DNA of 57,631 nucleotides, filler included, from Asterionella formosa (lineage: Eukaryota), in the NCBI GenBank assembly GCA_002256025.1. It is 7 parts of 7 records of this genome, joined end to end, with 100 filler letters (N's around TTAATTAATTAA, not from the genome) between each part and the next. Parts side by side here need not be neighbours in the genome. Positions count along the whole stretch, not along the records: positions 49,520 to 57,631 come from NKIB01012319.1; 6 more parts are not named here. One strand, written 5' to 3'. The translations under genes were made by a program, and so were the position numbers. Under the pieces are notes generated by a model. It was not told where the DNA came from. It searched no databases and worked only from the letters and a program-made list of their open reading frames with translations. Shown here in pieces: positions 57,071 through 57,631 of this stretch (its first letter is position 1; every line of letters begins with the position of its first letter).

Positions 57071-57631
57071 GTAAGAAGACAATGGCGAATGGATTTCAGA
57101 TTCTTTGCTGCTTGACGCCATCTCTGGTAGGTTCCTTGAACCCGTCAGAATCTAAGAGTTTTCCTCGATTGATCGAGTCCCCCTTGCTTTCGCGATGCAT
57201 TGAATACAACCCCCTATTATTGTTGACCATTGGGAAGCCATTGTCAAAATAGGAGGAAGAATGGGGTCCCGTCCAGAAACGATATCTCATCGTCCTTTCG
57301 TTTCTGTTGTCGATTGAGTCCATAAATGATTTCTTGACCCTATTGCCCCCAGCTGAGGTCATGACAATTTCGAGTCATTTAGCTGTGATATCTTCGGAGT
57401 GACGTGTATTGCGTAGCTTGGTACCATGGACCTTCTAGAGTTCTCCAACAGATGTCAACCAGCTGCTTGGTGCTCACGTCGTACCTGTTTGTCGCGTGTC
57501 TGTTATTGATTGATTTACATCGTATTTTTCACATCAGCCATAGCACGTTCCTATTTCGTACTTTTTTCATCGTCGCTTTCTTCCATTCGAGTTCGTTGTG
57601 ATTGACATCACTAAATGTTAATCACACATTC

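Noticed and set aside
57096..57362. 88-aa minus-strand ORF
   Set aside because: No homology recognised, and it may lie within the intron of a plus-strand gene starting at 57029.

Overview
Eukaryotic draft-genome sequence, most likely a diatom (inferred from GT-AG introns, a bipartite signal peptide with Phe at +1 (CYA-FVP), a Zn-less stramenopile-type COX5B and Copia elements). The window is not one locus. It is seven unrelated scaffolds of decreasing length (8173, 8167, 8155, 8153, 8137, 8134, 8112 bp) joined by N44-TTAATTAATTAA-N44 spacers, so adjacency across spacers has no biological meaning. Recognisable genes: DPH1, a mitochondrion-targeted glutamate synthase (truncated), a TPMT-family methyltransferase, COX5B, dynein light chain LC8, RPS28, and DUF1995, FUN14-like, bromodomain, CXXC-finger and NUMOD3 proteins. 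There is also a PH-TM-E2-like pseudo-acyltransferase and a secreted three-repeat protein. Mobile DNA is abundant: two Copia families, an Ngaro-type tyrosine-recombinase retroelement end, a full-length DD39D mariner, pogo- and Mutator-like remnants and TIR/MITE elements. The most interesting observations are (i) a tRNA-headed SINE-like family with a long target-site duplication, (ii) a DD39D mariner carrying a second, convergent HIRAN-like gene, and (iii) widespread GGTACC(A/T) tracts, one of which interrupts an LTR and so appears to have been written de novo into existing DNA. All homology calls come from motif recognition by eye; no searches were run.
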